Positions 1 through 13,845 of a DNA stretch of 64,000 bases are shown here, one piece after another (the stretch's first letter is position 1; every line of letters begins with the position of its first letter). The DNA is from Hamiltosporidium tvaerminnensis FI-OER-3-3 (taxonomy: Eukaryota > Fungi > Microsporidia). A program made the position numbers and the translations under genes. The notes under the pieces are model-generated. The model did no database searches and was not told the DNA's origin. It saw nothing but the letters and a program-made list of their open reading frames with translations. The stretch lies in assembly GCA_022605425.2 (NCBI GenBank), contig JAKIMF020000011.1, forward strand, positions 806,001-870,000. The letters are read 5' to 3'.

Positions 1-2679
1 ATCCGTGCTTATTTGACGTTATTTCAAATATTTTTTATTTTGCAAAAAAAATAAGTTGAGATTATTGTAGCTAGAATTTGAATAGATTTGAGTATGACTA
101 GTGGTGTTTTGATCTGTTTGTATAAAAATGTATTATATAAATTTTAAAAGCTATCTAAGGCTTCTTCACATGCAGATATACATCACCGAAAGAAAGGCGG
201 TGTGTTGAGACCGAAAAAATTCTTTACATACAAGTATAATGTTCAGGTTTTTTCTCCTTGGGCTTTGTTTTTTGATAATTAAATAATGAAGGGGATAGGT
301 TTCTAGTAATCTTTTAAGTTCTTTTTCACGCAATAATATCCATATTTATACATTTAGAATTGATTCAGGTTTTTCTATAATTAAAATATTTAATGGTGAG
401 AATAAACATTTTTTAATCATGCACATTATGTTACGTAATTTCATGACTCTTTCACTTTCCTCGTAATAGCTCGAGTCTTATTAACGTCCTTCGTCATTTC
501 TTTATGGTTCTTCATAAAAATTAATAATTCAGCTATGGGTCTATTCTTCGTTCAGTTTTGCTTGCTTGAAATATGGTTTTGTAGCCAGATTGTTCGCCTT
601 TATTGAATATTTCCAATTTAAAAGAATATAGACCATAAGATAGTAGACAAGCACGATTTATACAGTTTTACAAATCTAATAACAAAAAGTAGTATTAATC
701 ATAAATCAACCATAGTGCCATAAATATTCTGTAAATTGTTCGGGTTTGGTTAACGGTATGCAAAAATCAAAGCTTCGGGTGGTTTTAAAATCAGTAAATA
801 AAGAAAGATTTAGAACAAATTAATCATATTTTCAGCATGTTATAATGCAGCTTCTAGATAAATAACTAGACTATGCAAGGAAAGTCTTCTGCGTTTCCAA
901 GGAATTTATTATAATAATAGTTCCCTTAAATATATTTATGGAAGACTATGGCCTTTTTCTACTGCAATTTGTATAATAAATGCTTTAACTCAGTATCACT
1001 AAATATAAATATCATGTTTATTGCATAGCTCGCTCCTTTCCTACGGATGGAACACAATGCAACGATAAATCAAAGCTTCGCCAGATTCTAGGCTTTCCAA
1101 AGAAATTTTCTTTAGATTGGTTAGGTTGTCAGCCTCACGCAAACATTCCAAACGAAAGATACAGTGTGCACATAACCAGGATCAAACATGGTTTTTCGGA
1201 AGCAAATTCCGATATTCCCACCACTAGATCATTGGCATATAAACATCATATCTTTGCACAAAGGTAGCACATGTTATATTTTGAAATAGCATTGATGCTT
1301 TTCTTTGTTTTACATACCTAACTTTCGAAGAACTGTATCGACATCGTTTGAATCCGAAAGCCCAATTCTTTTCATAAAAACCATGTCTAGAATCCAAAAA
1401 ATAACCCGCACAGTATTCGTTTGTTTCTACTAACCCCTAGAGCATTTCAGGGCTAAACACATCTTCTTATTTTAGGCTTCAGCAGCATCTCTATTTAACC
1501 AAAAATTTTGCAACCCTACTATTTTCTCACACATAAAGGTGTTCTTCTCAGAAGTTCAATTCTATTATTAATGTTATGACTAAGGTTTCCTCTCCTAGCT
1601 GTTTAAAGAGTGTTTTTTGTTTTTGTACTCTTTTAATGCTAAATCGTTTGCCCCTTGTTATACAAAATAGATTTGCACGCTTTTACCCGACAAATATTAA
1701 CATTTTCAACCGTTGATTAAATAAAGATTATAAAAAACTGCGAAATATTAATTTAGAAAAATATTTATTATTTTTAGACCTCTAACTTCACATATAAATC
1801 TCCGCAGGAAATAAAATGCAGAGTTTTTTTCATCAGACCCAAAATTTGAACACGTAAGATTCACTTTAATTTTTTGAAATTTCTTCTCGAAAATATATTT
1901 TTCGATTTGGTTATCTCTTTTCGATCAATTGTCCGAAATAAATCTCGAATTTAGGAGATTTGTGCCTTTTCAAGGTAGAATGAGCTAATGAAATATAATT
2001 GATTTGCAGTTCAAAATATCATTCGATTTTATAAAATACAATTGATATCAATACTCGCTTAAGATAATAAATCGTACCAAATATAAATCCAAATCATATT
2101 TTCTTAATTACATGAGTCCACAGAAATATAAAAAGCGAAATATTCGACTTATTTAATCAACTAAAAGATATTAGAAAAAATCTTAGCGCCTAAGCTGTTT
2201 TAATAAAATACTATATAAGATATATGATACAATTCTAGAAATGACATTCGATAAATAAGTCAAGGTTTTTATATAGTATGATATATAAACCAAATATTAG
2301 TCAATGCTTAAAAAAACTTGCAATTGTTATTAAGCTCGTTTGGCTTCTAAAAATGGCTATAAAGAAAGACCTAAACTCTATAGAAACCAGCTTTTGTAAT
2401 ATTTAGAACAAAGAAGTATAAAAAAAAGGAAAAGTTTTGATAAGATTATAACGTAAAGTTTTAATAAATTTATTTGAATAGGAAATTGAAAATTTTGTTA
2501 GATAACCACTTATAACCTTTTAAACCCGTCTCCTTTTGAATCTGCAAATAAGTTCCTGCACCTCCTATGAAGAAGTGTTTCGATTTTTTGCAAATTTGTT
2601 GTTCCTTTAAAAAAAATACATATTATATATCAAATGCGTAAAAATATTAAATTATTTAAAAACTAGACTCTTGGCTTGA

Positions 2680-4879
2680 TTATTATAATATTTGTGAAGC
2701 GAGCTTCTTTTTCGAAAGGTACACGCAGGTCATTATTTGGTCTTATGCGATTTTTGGCCTTGGTTTTTATGTGAAAAGGTGAGTAAAATTCTATTCCAAG
2801 TCAGTAAATAGTATTAAATGACAGAAGCAACTCCAATGCTTCTTTTGCCAGTCATGTATAAGGTTATAATCATGGACACTGAATTTTAATTTTAATTTTA
2901 AAATTTTATTTAAATTTGTCGACTGTCTCAGAAAGCAATAACATTTATTTTGAATCACTATCATCTATCGAATTAAGTTATAAAGAAATAAATTCGAGTG
3001 CATTTTTGAGTGTTGGTAAAGATTTATTAGAATAAATTTCCAATGAATGATACACTCGATAATTTCAAAGGCATTTAATGTCAAGTATAAATGAATTTTT
3101 TTTTCATTTTATGCAAAAATTGAATCAACAAGTGAAAGTAAAAAAATTACCAATTTTAATTCAACCTACATAAATTTCTAGTTTTACAATAAATGAAAAT
3201 ATTTTACTTCTATTATTATGTTTGTATAAATCCTTAAACTGATAATGTCAATTCCTTTAAACTGCTGTATATATTTCCTAAGCATGCTATTATGAGAATT
3301 GCGCCTTTATTCCAAAATCTTTTAGTTAATAACACTTTTGATTAGTCAATAACATAATAATTTATTTCCGTAGTTCCAAACTCGGCTTAGCTTTCGGCCT
3401 TAAAAAAGCTTCCTTATTTATAAATTATATAGAAGCGCGTTTGAAGCAGAAGTGATTTTTTTACACAGGAAACGGAAAATTTGATGATTAGAAACTCCTT
3501 CACGGATATATTTTACTACATTTATTTTAGAAATTAAATGATCTTTTAAAGTTTTGCAATGGTTTTAAGGCAAGTACAAGCGATGAGACATGCGATGTGT
3601 TATTTTAAATTGCAGTATTTCCATTTTCATGTGAGAAAAAAATCAAAAATTTTCTCTAAAAATACTGTGTCCCATCATTACTTTTGATTCTATCACATCC
3701 AATGGTAATTGAATCCAAAAAGCTGTTATGTAAATTAAAACATATATTCACTCGAAGTCAACTCACAAGGACTAACTAAATCGAAACACATCTATCATTT
3801 TCCTTTTGTTTTACATTCACAACAAACACTAGCAATGGGCTGCAATTATAGATATCAGTTGACACCGTCATTTGTATACTTATTTTTACTGGACTTACTG
3901 TTATGTCATCTCTTATCTTCAGTGAACAATCTTTACTAAGATTTTGAGTTCGGGTCGAATTATATCATTTGATTACGAAATCTGCTGGATTGTATTTTGC
4001 TTCAGAATCTAATTTGTTTGTCTATTGTTTATGTGGGTTTTTTTCTTTCCTCAAAGATATGCTAACTGATAAGACAGCTCAGACAAGAGCTTTTAAATTG
4101 CTGAATCGCATAATTTTAGGATTTTACCCCTAGATCTAAATTAAGCTCCTTTTGAGTTCAAAAAGTTCTTTCTACGCGTACCTTTACAATCTTTGGGATT
4201 TTTAGAATGCTCTAATAACTTTGATGGGTTGCAATTGCTGTTTGAAAATATCTTGGCACATAGAATACATTGAGTTCGTTGCGTATAATTCCTTTCTGTT
4301 GTCCAAGTGATTCCATAACCAGCATATCATAGTTCAATTGTCTTTTTTTTGACGCGGCTCGATTCACTGTATCAATTAAATAATTAAATTTTTTAAACTA
4401 TAAAAAAAACTTTAAAAGACGTTATTTACAAATAATGAGAAAAGTACTTATATTTGCACTATCAATTTAGTATCACCTCCTCTTAAGTCACTGTTCAATT
4501 AAGATTTATAAAATTTTAGGAATATCCATAATGGAATTATAAATGCGTTACACGTATTCATCTCCAAGAGATTTCTCGACTAACTCATGAAGACGCATAA
4601 TAGTAGACTATTACATAGAAAAAAAGAGAAAAAAGTTTGGTGTTTAGTAATGATTCGCTCATTTCACTTATACAAACTCCATAAACAACGAGCATGACTG
4701 TCTATGTGCATATTAAGTGATCTAAGACATATCAACAAAATATTTCATTTCTATATTTTTTTAATTTTTTTTATATTAGCACATTTGTATTCCGTTGCAA
4801 ATAACCTATAATAATGATTTCTTTATATACTTAAGCTTTCAACAGAAGCCTTTCCAGCATCCCTGGTTAAGAACCACTG
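2680..4879 (-). mobile_element. Decayed hAT (Buster/Charlie, ZBED5/ZBED8-like) DNA transposon: transposase pseudogene plus one terminal inverted repeat
   Basis: Manual minus-strand translation gives SKKRQ...YGITWTTERNYTQRTQCILCAKIFSNSNCNPSKLLEH (~4205-4356, BED-like zinc finger), IQMTVSTDIYNCSPLLVFV (~3820-3876, cf. IQLDESTD..QLLVFV) and HIKTKAKNRIRPNNDLRV (~2720-2773, hAT dimerisation end), with many stops and frameshifts. Buster-type TIR CAGTGGTTCTTAACC lies on the minus strand at 4865-4879. The other TIR is not clearly seen. Confidence 0.8.
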
Positions 4880-6038
4880 CTTCTAAGGTATAAAACAACA
4901 TTTTTATTTAAAACCTAAGGATGGAAGAAAATGAACATAGATCTGCTGAAAAAATGATAGCAATAAATCTTCTTTCAAAAAAATATTTAGTTAAAAGTTT
5001 CAAACTAATTTATTTAAAATATAAAACCATTATCTATCCCCCATATCTATTATCTGAGTGTCTTTTTGTGTTTTAAGACAAAATGTCATGCAATTTTCTA
5101 AATTTTAAGCATCTTCCTGGTCTTTTGGGTTTTATTGCCAGAAGGCTTAGAAATAGCATCTCGATAGTACTCATTATGATTATAAATATTTTTTCAATAA
5201 ATGTAACAAATAAAGAAAATAAATGTATTCTTTAATATTAGATGCCAATTAGAAACGTATTTTGGGGATGTAGTCAGGGAAGGTCTATTGATAGTATTAA
5301 TAACAGCGCCTGTTACTTTGTAAAAAAACCGCATTATATTTAGCCAATAAATTCAAACTGAAGCCAAAGTTATAGAAAAATGGGAGAGAATTCACTTTGG
5401 CTGTATGGATATATCGGTAAGATCTATTGCTAAGAAATTAAAATATTCACACAATTTGAAATATAAAAATACTACATATTTTTATTTAATGTTCTAGATA
5501 TGTTTTCTGTTGATATAAATTAAAAATACAGTAAAAAACTCAAGTTTTATTATAATTTTCAAAAGAGTGAATTCCAAAAATAAATTTAGACCTTAATATA
5601 TATCAAATTCTCATTTCTGAAAATTATGATCAATCAATTTATATTATATCTTTTAAAGCCTATCATTAATTTATTGGTTTTATACATTAAATTTTTTACG
5701 CTCATTTATACTAGAGTACGAAAGTAAAGTGTTCTATTTTTCATAATTTCTGCTGATATTAGTGAATAATTGTTTCTTTGTGTATCATATTCCATCATAT
5801 TTATGATTTTTTTAAATTTTTGGTCAAAGATTTGGTTTTTATGTTCAATACGCACCTTTTTCTACAAATCAAGTTTTAAAAAAAAGATGCTAACTTGGTC
5901 GAAATTTTTCAATGATATTAATTTACTTATAAGAAGGATTTTATGAAGAGTGTTTGAATATGTAATGTGTTTTTCCCAGCTAACGAGTATAACGAAATAT
6001 GGTAGTTAAACATTTTTTGGATTTATAGCAACATTTAA

Positions 6039-8405
6039 TTAAAAATTTGAATAACTAATATTATTTTCATAATAAAAGTTGATTACATTTAAAGAAACCG
6101 GGCCATCGGTATTACAAAGTAGCGCCATAGTGCCTGGATGAGATAACCTCGCTTTATTAAGTAGATTTAAATCATTTTCATCAAGAGATTTAAAATTGAT
6201 AAAAATATACCCAATACTTTTTAAACTAACTAGATATTTAAATATCATAATATCTAAAGAATTAAAATAGAGTCCAATCCATTTTATCATATTATTTACT
6301 AAAATTATAGTTAGTCTTTTTAAAAAGATTTCGGTTTTTTGTAAATAGATTCTAATATGTACCTTCCTTAACAGTTTTAAATTTGAGATCACAATTGCAT
6401 CTTTCTCATCGAGTTCATAAATTTCTAAAGCGAGTACACTTAAACTTGAAAAATTAAAAAAATGAGACAAAGCAAATATCATGGGCAACCCTTTGGTAAT
6501 ATTCTTATCAATCGTTATTTTAAAATAATCCAACTTCGAATCCATTTTTTCTTGTCTAGCTTTGAAGCATTCATAAGTACAAGTACATTCATTAATTAAG
6601 CTTTCAAAGCTTTCATCGATATCATTGATACATATTTTCAAAAAAGAAAGATTATGAAATAATAACAAGAAGTTTATAAAATCAATATTAAAAGTGAATA
6701 TAGAATTTGTTATTGTTAGTCCTCGAAGAACATAATTATCGATTTTACATCTGGAATATGAATCAAATGAAATTGAAGAATTGTTTAACTTTAAATAGAT
6801 TAATTTTTTGGATTGCAAAATATAGCTTGTTAATATTTCTGTAAAAATAATATTTTCAATAATCATACTTTCTAAATTTGGCATTTTAAAGATATATTTA
6901 AAGAATGTAGGCCGAAGTATTTCTAAGAAACGATCTTGTATCGTAGAAATATAAACTTCTTTGGTGTTTAAACAGATGGAAAATTTTCTTTTATGCTCTT
7001 CTAACGAAAAATTTTTATCCAATTTTGTAATTATTCTTCTAAAGAGACCATAAGATATGCTATAACAGGCCTCACAATGTAAAAAAGATTCATGGAACTT
7101 CTGAACGTAAAAAAGTAGATTATTAGGTATATTTTTTAAAAAAATATTTCTTTCGCATTCAATTTGAAAATCTGCACATTTGTATTTTAGAAAAATATTC
7201 TGGTGATTAAAGGCAAATTCATTTAATAAAACCAACACATCGTAATTTGCTATGGTACATTCTATGACTAATCTTTTTAAATTTTTACAATGATCTAATA
7301 TTATCTGTATTTCTTCAAGATTTAAATCACTTTTAACTTTTAGGGTTTCTGTTATATCAAAATACGCGTTATTCATTATTTCTTTCAATATTTTTTTATC
7401 GAAAAGGTTATCTGCTATAACAAGCTTTCTGAGTTTTTTCGGTTTAATTGAATAAATTAAGTCAAATATTTTCTTACTTAGAGCCTTTTCAGCGGTTCGT
7501 ATCCAAAACGTATCAATATGGCAATATTTAATGAAAAAACAAATGCAATCTTTGGTAAAGGCTAAACTTAAAACCTTTTCAATATGTAAGATTCTCTCGG
7601 GTGCGAGTATAAAAGTATTATTGTTAAAAAGCTTTTCTTTGTAAAAAAGATAAAATTGAAACGATAAAATTATTTTGCAATCATGAGCTAAACTATTGCT
7701 CCGCAGTGATAGAAATGTAGAATTTTTCATTTTTTCAATATATATAAACTTAGAAAAAACACTAAATAAATATTCCAATAATAGTCGCAATATATCGATA
7801 TTAGTTTCTAGTAATTTTAAATGTGTGTTGGAAATTTGATAATCAAAATTTTTACTCATAATACTGCTTAATAACAAATATTTGAAAAATGTATTATTGT
7901 TATTTGTTCTTTTAAATCCCAAAATTTCCAAAACGGTCAAAATATTAATCAATTCCATAAAAGATAAAGTATTAATAAAAGCATCCTCTTCTGTACAATA
8001 TTTTCTAAACCTAAAAAGAAACCTATTTGAAATTTGACCTATAAAAATTCTTCTGGTGAGAATATTCTCTTGTTCATGATCAAGAGTCGATAAGTCCGTA
8101 ATAATATTTTCGGATTCTGAAATTTCCAAAATATTTGGAATATAATATTTGCACGAATTATTTATGTAGACACATTTCAGATATTGGTTTTGTAAAAGAT
8201 ATACCGATTTAAATGTGCTTGAGATATACTTACTTTCTATTTTAAATTCAAAACCATAAATTCCTTCGTTTTCCACATAATCAATTTTCATATCTGTATT
8301 CTCAATTGAATAAAATATTACATTCTTGCAAATAACTAGTATAAAATATAGATTTGAACATAATGGCAATGTTAACAAGCTTTCTTTCGAATAAGAGATT
8401 CGCAT
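6039..8405 (-). CDS. Large leucine-rich-repeat-like protein of a lineage-expanded family
   Basis: 816-aa ORF; first ATG is at 8405 (MRISY..., ~788 aa). Hydrophobic N-terminal stretch LYFILVICKNVIFY. Repeated LxxLxI/L motifs in the C-terminal half (LRKLVI, LKRLVI, LESMII, LIYLKL, LRGLTI, LSFLKI, LSVLAL, LRKVHI). Confidence 0.7.
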   Translation of the reverse strand: MRISYSKESLLTLPLCSNLYFILVICKNVIFYSIENTDMKIDYVENEGIYGFEFKIESKYISSTFKSVYLLQNQYLKCVYINNSCKYYIPNILEISESENIITDLSTLDHEQENILTRRIFIGQISNRFLFRFRKYCTEEDAFINTLSFMELINILTVLEILGFKRTNNNNTFFKYLLLSSIMSKNFDYQISNTHLKLLETNIDILRLLLEYLFSVFSKFIYIEKMKNSTFLSLRSNSLAHDCKIILSFQFYLFYKEKLFNNNTFILAPERILHIEKVLSLAFTKDCICFFIKYCHIDTFWIRTAEKALSKKIFDLIYSIKPKKLRKLVIADNLFDKKILKEIMNNAYFDITETLKVKSDLNLEEIQIILDHCKNLKRLVIECTIANYDVLVLLNEFAFNHQNIFLKYKCADFQIECERNIFLKNIPNNLLFYVQKFHESFLHCEACYSISYGLFRRIITKLDKNFSLEEHKRKFSICLNTKEVYISTIQDRFLEILRPTFFKYIFKMPNLESMIIENIIFTEILTSYILQSKKLIYLKLNNSSISFDSYSRCKIDNYVLRGLTITNSIFTFNIDFINFLLLFHNLSFLKICINDIDESFESLINECTCTYECFKARQEKMDSKLDYFKITIDKNITKGLPMIFALSHFFNFSSLSVLALEIYELDEKDAIVISNLKLLRKVHIRIYLQKTEIFLKRLTIILVNNMIKWIGLYFNSLDIMIFKYLVSLKSIGYIFINFKSLDENDLNLLNKARLSHPGTMALLCNTDGPVSLNVINFYYENNISYSNF

Positions 8406-11400
8406 ATGGATAAAAATATAATTATTAAAATTATTAATCTGGTTTTTTTTAAAAAATTTCTTAAATTCGAAATGATTAATTAAAATCAATAATAATTTAC
8501 AACAAAAAGTTCAATGTTATTCAAAAAAACATAACAATATTTAATTAGATTCAAAATTGGATCAATATAAAAGAATCAAAATATTCTAATATAGATTTAA
8601 TTTTCTTGGTTTATAATTTATATTTTATAAATGGTGCTTTAAATTATGTTTGTTCAGGCACGTTAAATTAATATTCTTGTAATTTCCGCTTTATTTTCGA
8701 TTTTTATTTATTGAATATTTCATTTTAATATTCAATTTTTATGACTTAAATGTGTATTAGTGATTATATGAGCAGGCCAATCGCTATTAAAAAATTATGA
8801 AACAAAAATATCCTATTGATATATATTAAATCCAAACCTCATTTTTAATATACTATAAAGTAAGTCTAAGGTTTTCTTTTTTTCCAAAAAATTACATAAT
8901 AAATAGGAAATTCGACTGCTGTTTTTATTTTTAAATTGTATTTAAAAACCAATGCTAATATTTAAAAGGCTTTCTAATATGTTTCTATTCATGTTTAACA
9001 ATTAATATTATCATTTTTTTTGTTTTTAGGAAGTAAAGAATAAAAGACTTTTATAGAATAAAGACTTTATCTTAAATTACATTAGAATCTTGTAGAACCC
9101 AAAGTTTAAAGACTAAAGGCTTTATATCTGGTAAGGAAATTTCCATGCTGCATTAAAATATGTTGAAAAATAAAATTAGAACATAACTGTCGAGATTATA
9201 CTAAGATATAAATCAATTACAACAGAAGCTTACAACATAATTAAACCATTTGAAATTTTAAGTCAAGTATTTTATGCTATGGTTTTTCATTTAACATCTT
9301 GATAAATATAATTAATGTCTTTATATCAAAAACATTAGAATATATAGACTATTCAGGCAATAAAGAATAATCTGTCCCTTAAACACTCCAAATTCGACTA
9401 AAATTGTAAGATTAAAGAATAGAGTTATGATTTGATTTATTGCCACAATCACATAGAAAAACCAAGATGTATTTTATTCAATATGTAATTTAGAATTCTA
9501 TAATAATTATTTTCGGATAGATTTACCTATTTAGATATAGCCAAGTTTCTGTCGCGTATACTGATACAAAACTAACAGACAAAACCCCGAGTTTATAAAG
9601 AAAATATTTGGATTTGATAGAGGAACAAAAATTATAGAAACAAACCAAGAGATTTGCAAGATAGACAAAAAAATCTATTGATAGAGTTAATTTGTGTCAC
9701 GGCCCAACACCCACAAATGTCTAATAGAACCCACTCTTTCCTAATATACATGCGTTTACTTTCTAATACTTTTTTAGAACCTCCGTTATTTTATATATAT
9801 ATTACTCCTAGTGTTCATATGTTTGACAAAAGCAGTGTTTTTATAGAATTTATAGGGCCCAATTTTAGAAATAGTCTATAATTTTAAGTATAATTTCCCG
9901 CCATAAATTCACTTAAATTTTCGTGTTAACATTTAAAAAACAAGAAATGCATTATTATAATTACAAAGCAACCAAAATATGATTATAATACGTTTTATTA
10001 CGCTTCTGTAAACGGGTTTTGACTTTCCATCGTTGTTCTTTAATATAAGCATATTGTTTGTTAAAGTATCTGCAAACTTAAAAACCGAATTATTGTAAAA
10101 AGAGTCAAAGAGTGCTTTATTTGTCTTTTGATTGATGTAAAAGACTTTTTATATTAAGAATTTATCGCAAATAGACAAATCTCTAAGAATGCTATTGAAT
10201 TTTCTCGCCGCGATTTTTTCTCTATCATTTTGAACAGAAATAGCAACATCTGGAGAAATTTAACATCATTTTCGATATTATCACCTATTTTGGTGGTTAA
10301 ATGACCATGCAAATCTTCATGGAAACCCAAGGAAATATCTAGACTTCATTATGTATCCCCCGCATTTTCTTTGGATAGAAATTTTATAAACCTTACTTAA
10401 ATAGGGGCCCCAATATTCCAGTTTCGTTTAAAAGTATTTATATTCTATTAAATAGATTATTTAAACCCGGCTATCAGAGTAAATGATAAATTTTGATTGT
10501 TTATTGCACCATATATTGTTGTGATATTTCATGAACACCACCTTTAAGATTCTCTATCTATCTTCTGCCAAATTTCGTGGATTTGTTTGCCAACCATTTT
10601 TTTATGGTCTGATTGGCTTTTTTGAAATACTAAGCATTTGGATTGGGAAGTCTTCCATGTATAACTTTGATAATCAAACAAGTCAATAGCATTTCAAAAA
10701 GTAAATTTTTAAAATATTGGCAAATATCAGATTGTATTTCAACGGAACATAAATTTGCCAAAAGAAAATCTATGAATCTTTCACGAATTGTGAAGTCTTG
10801 ATAGATATCTTACTACTTCATAAATCATTTTATATGTGTCAATCATATTATGAATCCAGCTATATTAACTTTTTTAATTGGTGAATCTCCTAAGATATAC
10901 ACAATCTTAAATACCATCATGCTTTAAATTTGTTGAAATACCTTTTTTCTAAGCTTTCAATCTTGGTATTTTAGAACCAATACACTAAATCTAATCTATG
11001 TGTAAAATGAAAGCATTAAAGAAAAAATCGAATTAGAACTTTGAATACATTTTTATACTGTATTGTGTTATAGTGACAGTATCTATCTTTAGGTTCAAAA
11101 TATTTTTTCTATTTTCCAAACATGCACAAAACCAAAAACACAAAAAACACGTGGAAAGAAAATATATGTTTTCTATATGATTTTTATTCAACATCAAAAT
11201 TTATTTGTTAAAAAACAAACATTATGAAGGCATAGATTGAAAATATCTTAGAGGAATATGATTCGGATGATGTATAAGAAAATCAAGAGATAAATATGAG
11301 ATTTAAACATGACAGTAAAAGAAATGTATAAAAAATTAAGAGTTTTTGGGAATTTTAAAGTGAATTTAAAATTAGAGAGAGAGGGGTTTGTTGGTATGTG

Positions 11401-11630
11401 CATATATTTAAGAAACATGTGAAACGATGTGGAAATATAATTGCTAAAAATACATGAAATAATCTAAAATTACGACTAAATTATATTTATATCATTATCA
11501 ATTTTTGAAGTACTTTGGGTTTATTTATTTAGATAAATTAAAATTTGGTTCATTTACACATGTTTAATCTTCTTAAAAGTTAAACTCAATATTAATTTTT
11601 TTTGTAAATTTAAAAAAAAAATTGACGGTT

Positions 11631-12905
11631 ATGAAATTTTTTAGATTGAAAATAATTCATTTCTTTGTACATTTACACATTTTTTTATGTAAAAAACCGA
11701 AAAGAGATCAAAGCTATGTTCTAAAAAAATGTGAACCATATTTATCCAATGATGGGTATTATGCGGGAGAATATATATCATCTGGAAGATCTTCTTATGT
11801 TTATAGTTTTAAATCTAACAATTTGAAGAAGAAAGTTGCCATCAAAATCGGAAGAACAAAAAAATACAAAAATACTTTGAGCAATGAAATGCACTTTTTA
11901 AAAATAATAGAACATGAAAATATTATAAAATTCGAAGAGGATTTTGTAATTGGAAAAAGGAAATGTATTGTAATGCCTTTTTATGAAACTAATTTGTACA
12001 ATTATTTCAGTAAATTAAAATCGGAAGATATTAGGAAAAAAGAAATTTTAGTACAAATTTTAAAGGCACTGGCATATTTGCATAGCCAGAATATTATTCA
12101 CAACGATATTAAATCAGATAATGTTTTAATAGATAAAGATTTGAATATTAAACTTTCAGATTTTGGATTGTCATGCTATGACGGTAAGCCATGTAAGATT
12201 TTTTTTGAATTAAAATTTGAAGAAAACGAAGGTAAATATTACCATTATTCACCTGAAATTAGAATGGATGAAATTTATGGTGTAAAAACAGATATGTGGA
12301 GTTTCGGATGCCTCTTTTTTTGGATATATAGTGGTAAAAATCTTGAAAAGTCTACGAAACCGGCTGTATATTTAAATTATGATTGTTATAGATTTTTTTG
12401 TTATTTCCTCAAAAAAAATCCGGAATTAAGACTAAGTTCTTATGCTGCATTATTCAGTGATTTTTTTGACGATCTTTATGATTTTGTTTTTTGCTTTTGT
12501 AAAGAAAATGATTTTACAGTTGAAAATAACAATTGCCACTATAAAAAAATTTCTACGAAGCTTTCAGTCACATGTAATGAAACCAATTTTACAATTCGTT
12601 GTAAATGTTCTGAAAAATCTAAACTGCTTTTTACTTCTAAAAAGAAAGAAATGGCCAAACAAGACTCTTATTGGTTTGAAAGTACCAGAATTAACGAATT
12701 TAAATTTGGCTTTGCTTCAGAATTTGCTGTAGAAATTACATCAGAGACTTACCTTTTGCCTGAATTATCACACAGCAAATACAGATTAATTCGTAGAACC
12801 TTTGAATTTTTAAAAATAACCCTAAAAGATCAAATGAGGAATAAAAGAAGGAATATAAAGAGGATTATAAAGTCCCGCGATAAATTTGGCAAAAATGAGT
12901 ATTAA
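11631..12905 (+). CDS. Ser/Thr protein kinase with a signal-peptide-like N-terminus
   Basis: Motifs VAIK, alphaC Glu (NE), HNDIKSDN, DFG, SPE and DMWSFG; degenerate Gly loop ISSGRSSYV. First ATG at 11631 gives MKFFRLKIIHFFVHLHIFLC. Confidence 0.9.
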   Translation: MKFFRLKIIHFFVHLHIFLCKKPKRDQSYVLKKCEPYLSNDGYYAGEYISSGRSSYVYSFKSNNLKKKVAIKIGRTKKYKNTLSNEMHFLKIIEHENIIKFEEDFVIGKRKCIVMPFYETNLYNYFSKLKSEDIRKKEILVQILKALAYLHSQNIIHNDIKSDNVLIDKDLNIKLSDFGLSCYDGKPCKIFFELKFEENEGKYYHYSPEIRMDEIYGVKTDMWSFGCLFFWIYSGKNLEKSTKPAVYLNYDCYRFFCYFLKKNPELRLSSYAALFSDFFDDLYDFVFCFCKENDFTVENNNCHYKKISTKLSVTCNETNFTIRCKCSEKSKLLFTSKKKEMAKQDSYWFESTRINEFKFGFASEFAVEITSETYLLPELSHSKYRLIRRTFEFLKITLKDQMRNKRRNIKRIIKSRDKFGKNEY

Positions 12906-13189
12906 AAATATAAATCTCTTCGAAATAAATGCGCACGACTCAAATTACTAGCAATATTTTTTTTTATTTTTTTGTCTAAATTAATTTTTAAAACAGTATC
13001 CTGGATGCATTCTTGAGTTTTACTTAAATTATGTTTAAATATGTGATTGTAAATACTCGCAAAAAAAAGAGTTTATTTTTAATTTTTTTATTTTAAAACT
13101 TGTAAAATCATATTTAAATCAAGCATACGAATATTTTGATAATTTTTTAAATTCTTATTCAATTTATTTAGATAGAAGTTTTTCGAAAA

Positions 13190-13290
13190 GGGTGGATAAC
13201 CACACTTAAAACTTCTGCTTGGCAGTAGTTAAATGGAAGATGTAAAATATTTTGTTTGTATTTTTAGTGGATTCAAAACCAAGCTACATC
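13190..13290 (+). repeat. Isolated ~100-nt head of the 720-bp dispersed element
   Basis: GGATAACCACACTTAAAACTTCTGCTTGGCA...TTGTTTGTATTTTTAGTGG...ACCAAGCTACATC aligns to the first ~105 nt of the copy at 16554, then diverges. Confidence 0.7.
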
Positions 13291-13845
13291 CACACCCTAA
13301 ATTATCGAATCAAGACCGAGTAAGCGGATTTTAATTTCATTGTCAGCCAGCCTCTATCTGAGATATATTAATAGTAAAATAATTAAAAACGCCGTCAGAA
13401 TATTAAAGTAATGTATATTAAACAAGAAAGAAAAAAATAATGTAATTTAAAAAAATGAATTGAAAAAATTTCGAGACTCTTCATTAAGTTCTCTTTTATA
13501 CCAAGTTTTATTTTGATGAAGGAATGGTAAGCTGAAAGGCGATGTCATTATAGATGTAGTTTAAACCTGATCTTGTATAAAACCATGACGGGTAAAATAG
13601 TAAAAATCTACCTCCTGACTTTATGCAATTAAAAATACAGCATGAAGCTGATTAAAGCGAAAAAAAAATATTTTTAAACTTTTCTATTAAATTTCAAATC
13701 TCAGAATCATCTCTATTCGAATGAGTTAAATTCTATAAAAGTTATCGCATGACATAAAAACATGAAATCTAAAAAATCGCACAAATCAATGTTTTTTAAA
13801 TTTAACCATATTAATTAATAGTTTCTATGAATTTTATACGTAGAC

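Noticed and set aside
700-860. Faint Tc1-like motifs (FQH.NA-like on +, EYLWH on -)
   Set aside because: The motifs are on opposite strands and too degenerate to support an element.
9695-9931. Possible solo LTR (TGTCACG...CGTGTTAACA) and the 75-aa ORF at 9654
   Set aside because: Single copy, imperfect termini, no TSD; the ORF has a TTG start.
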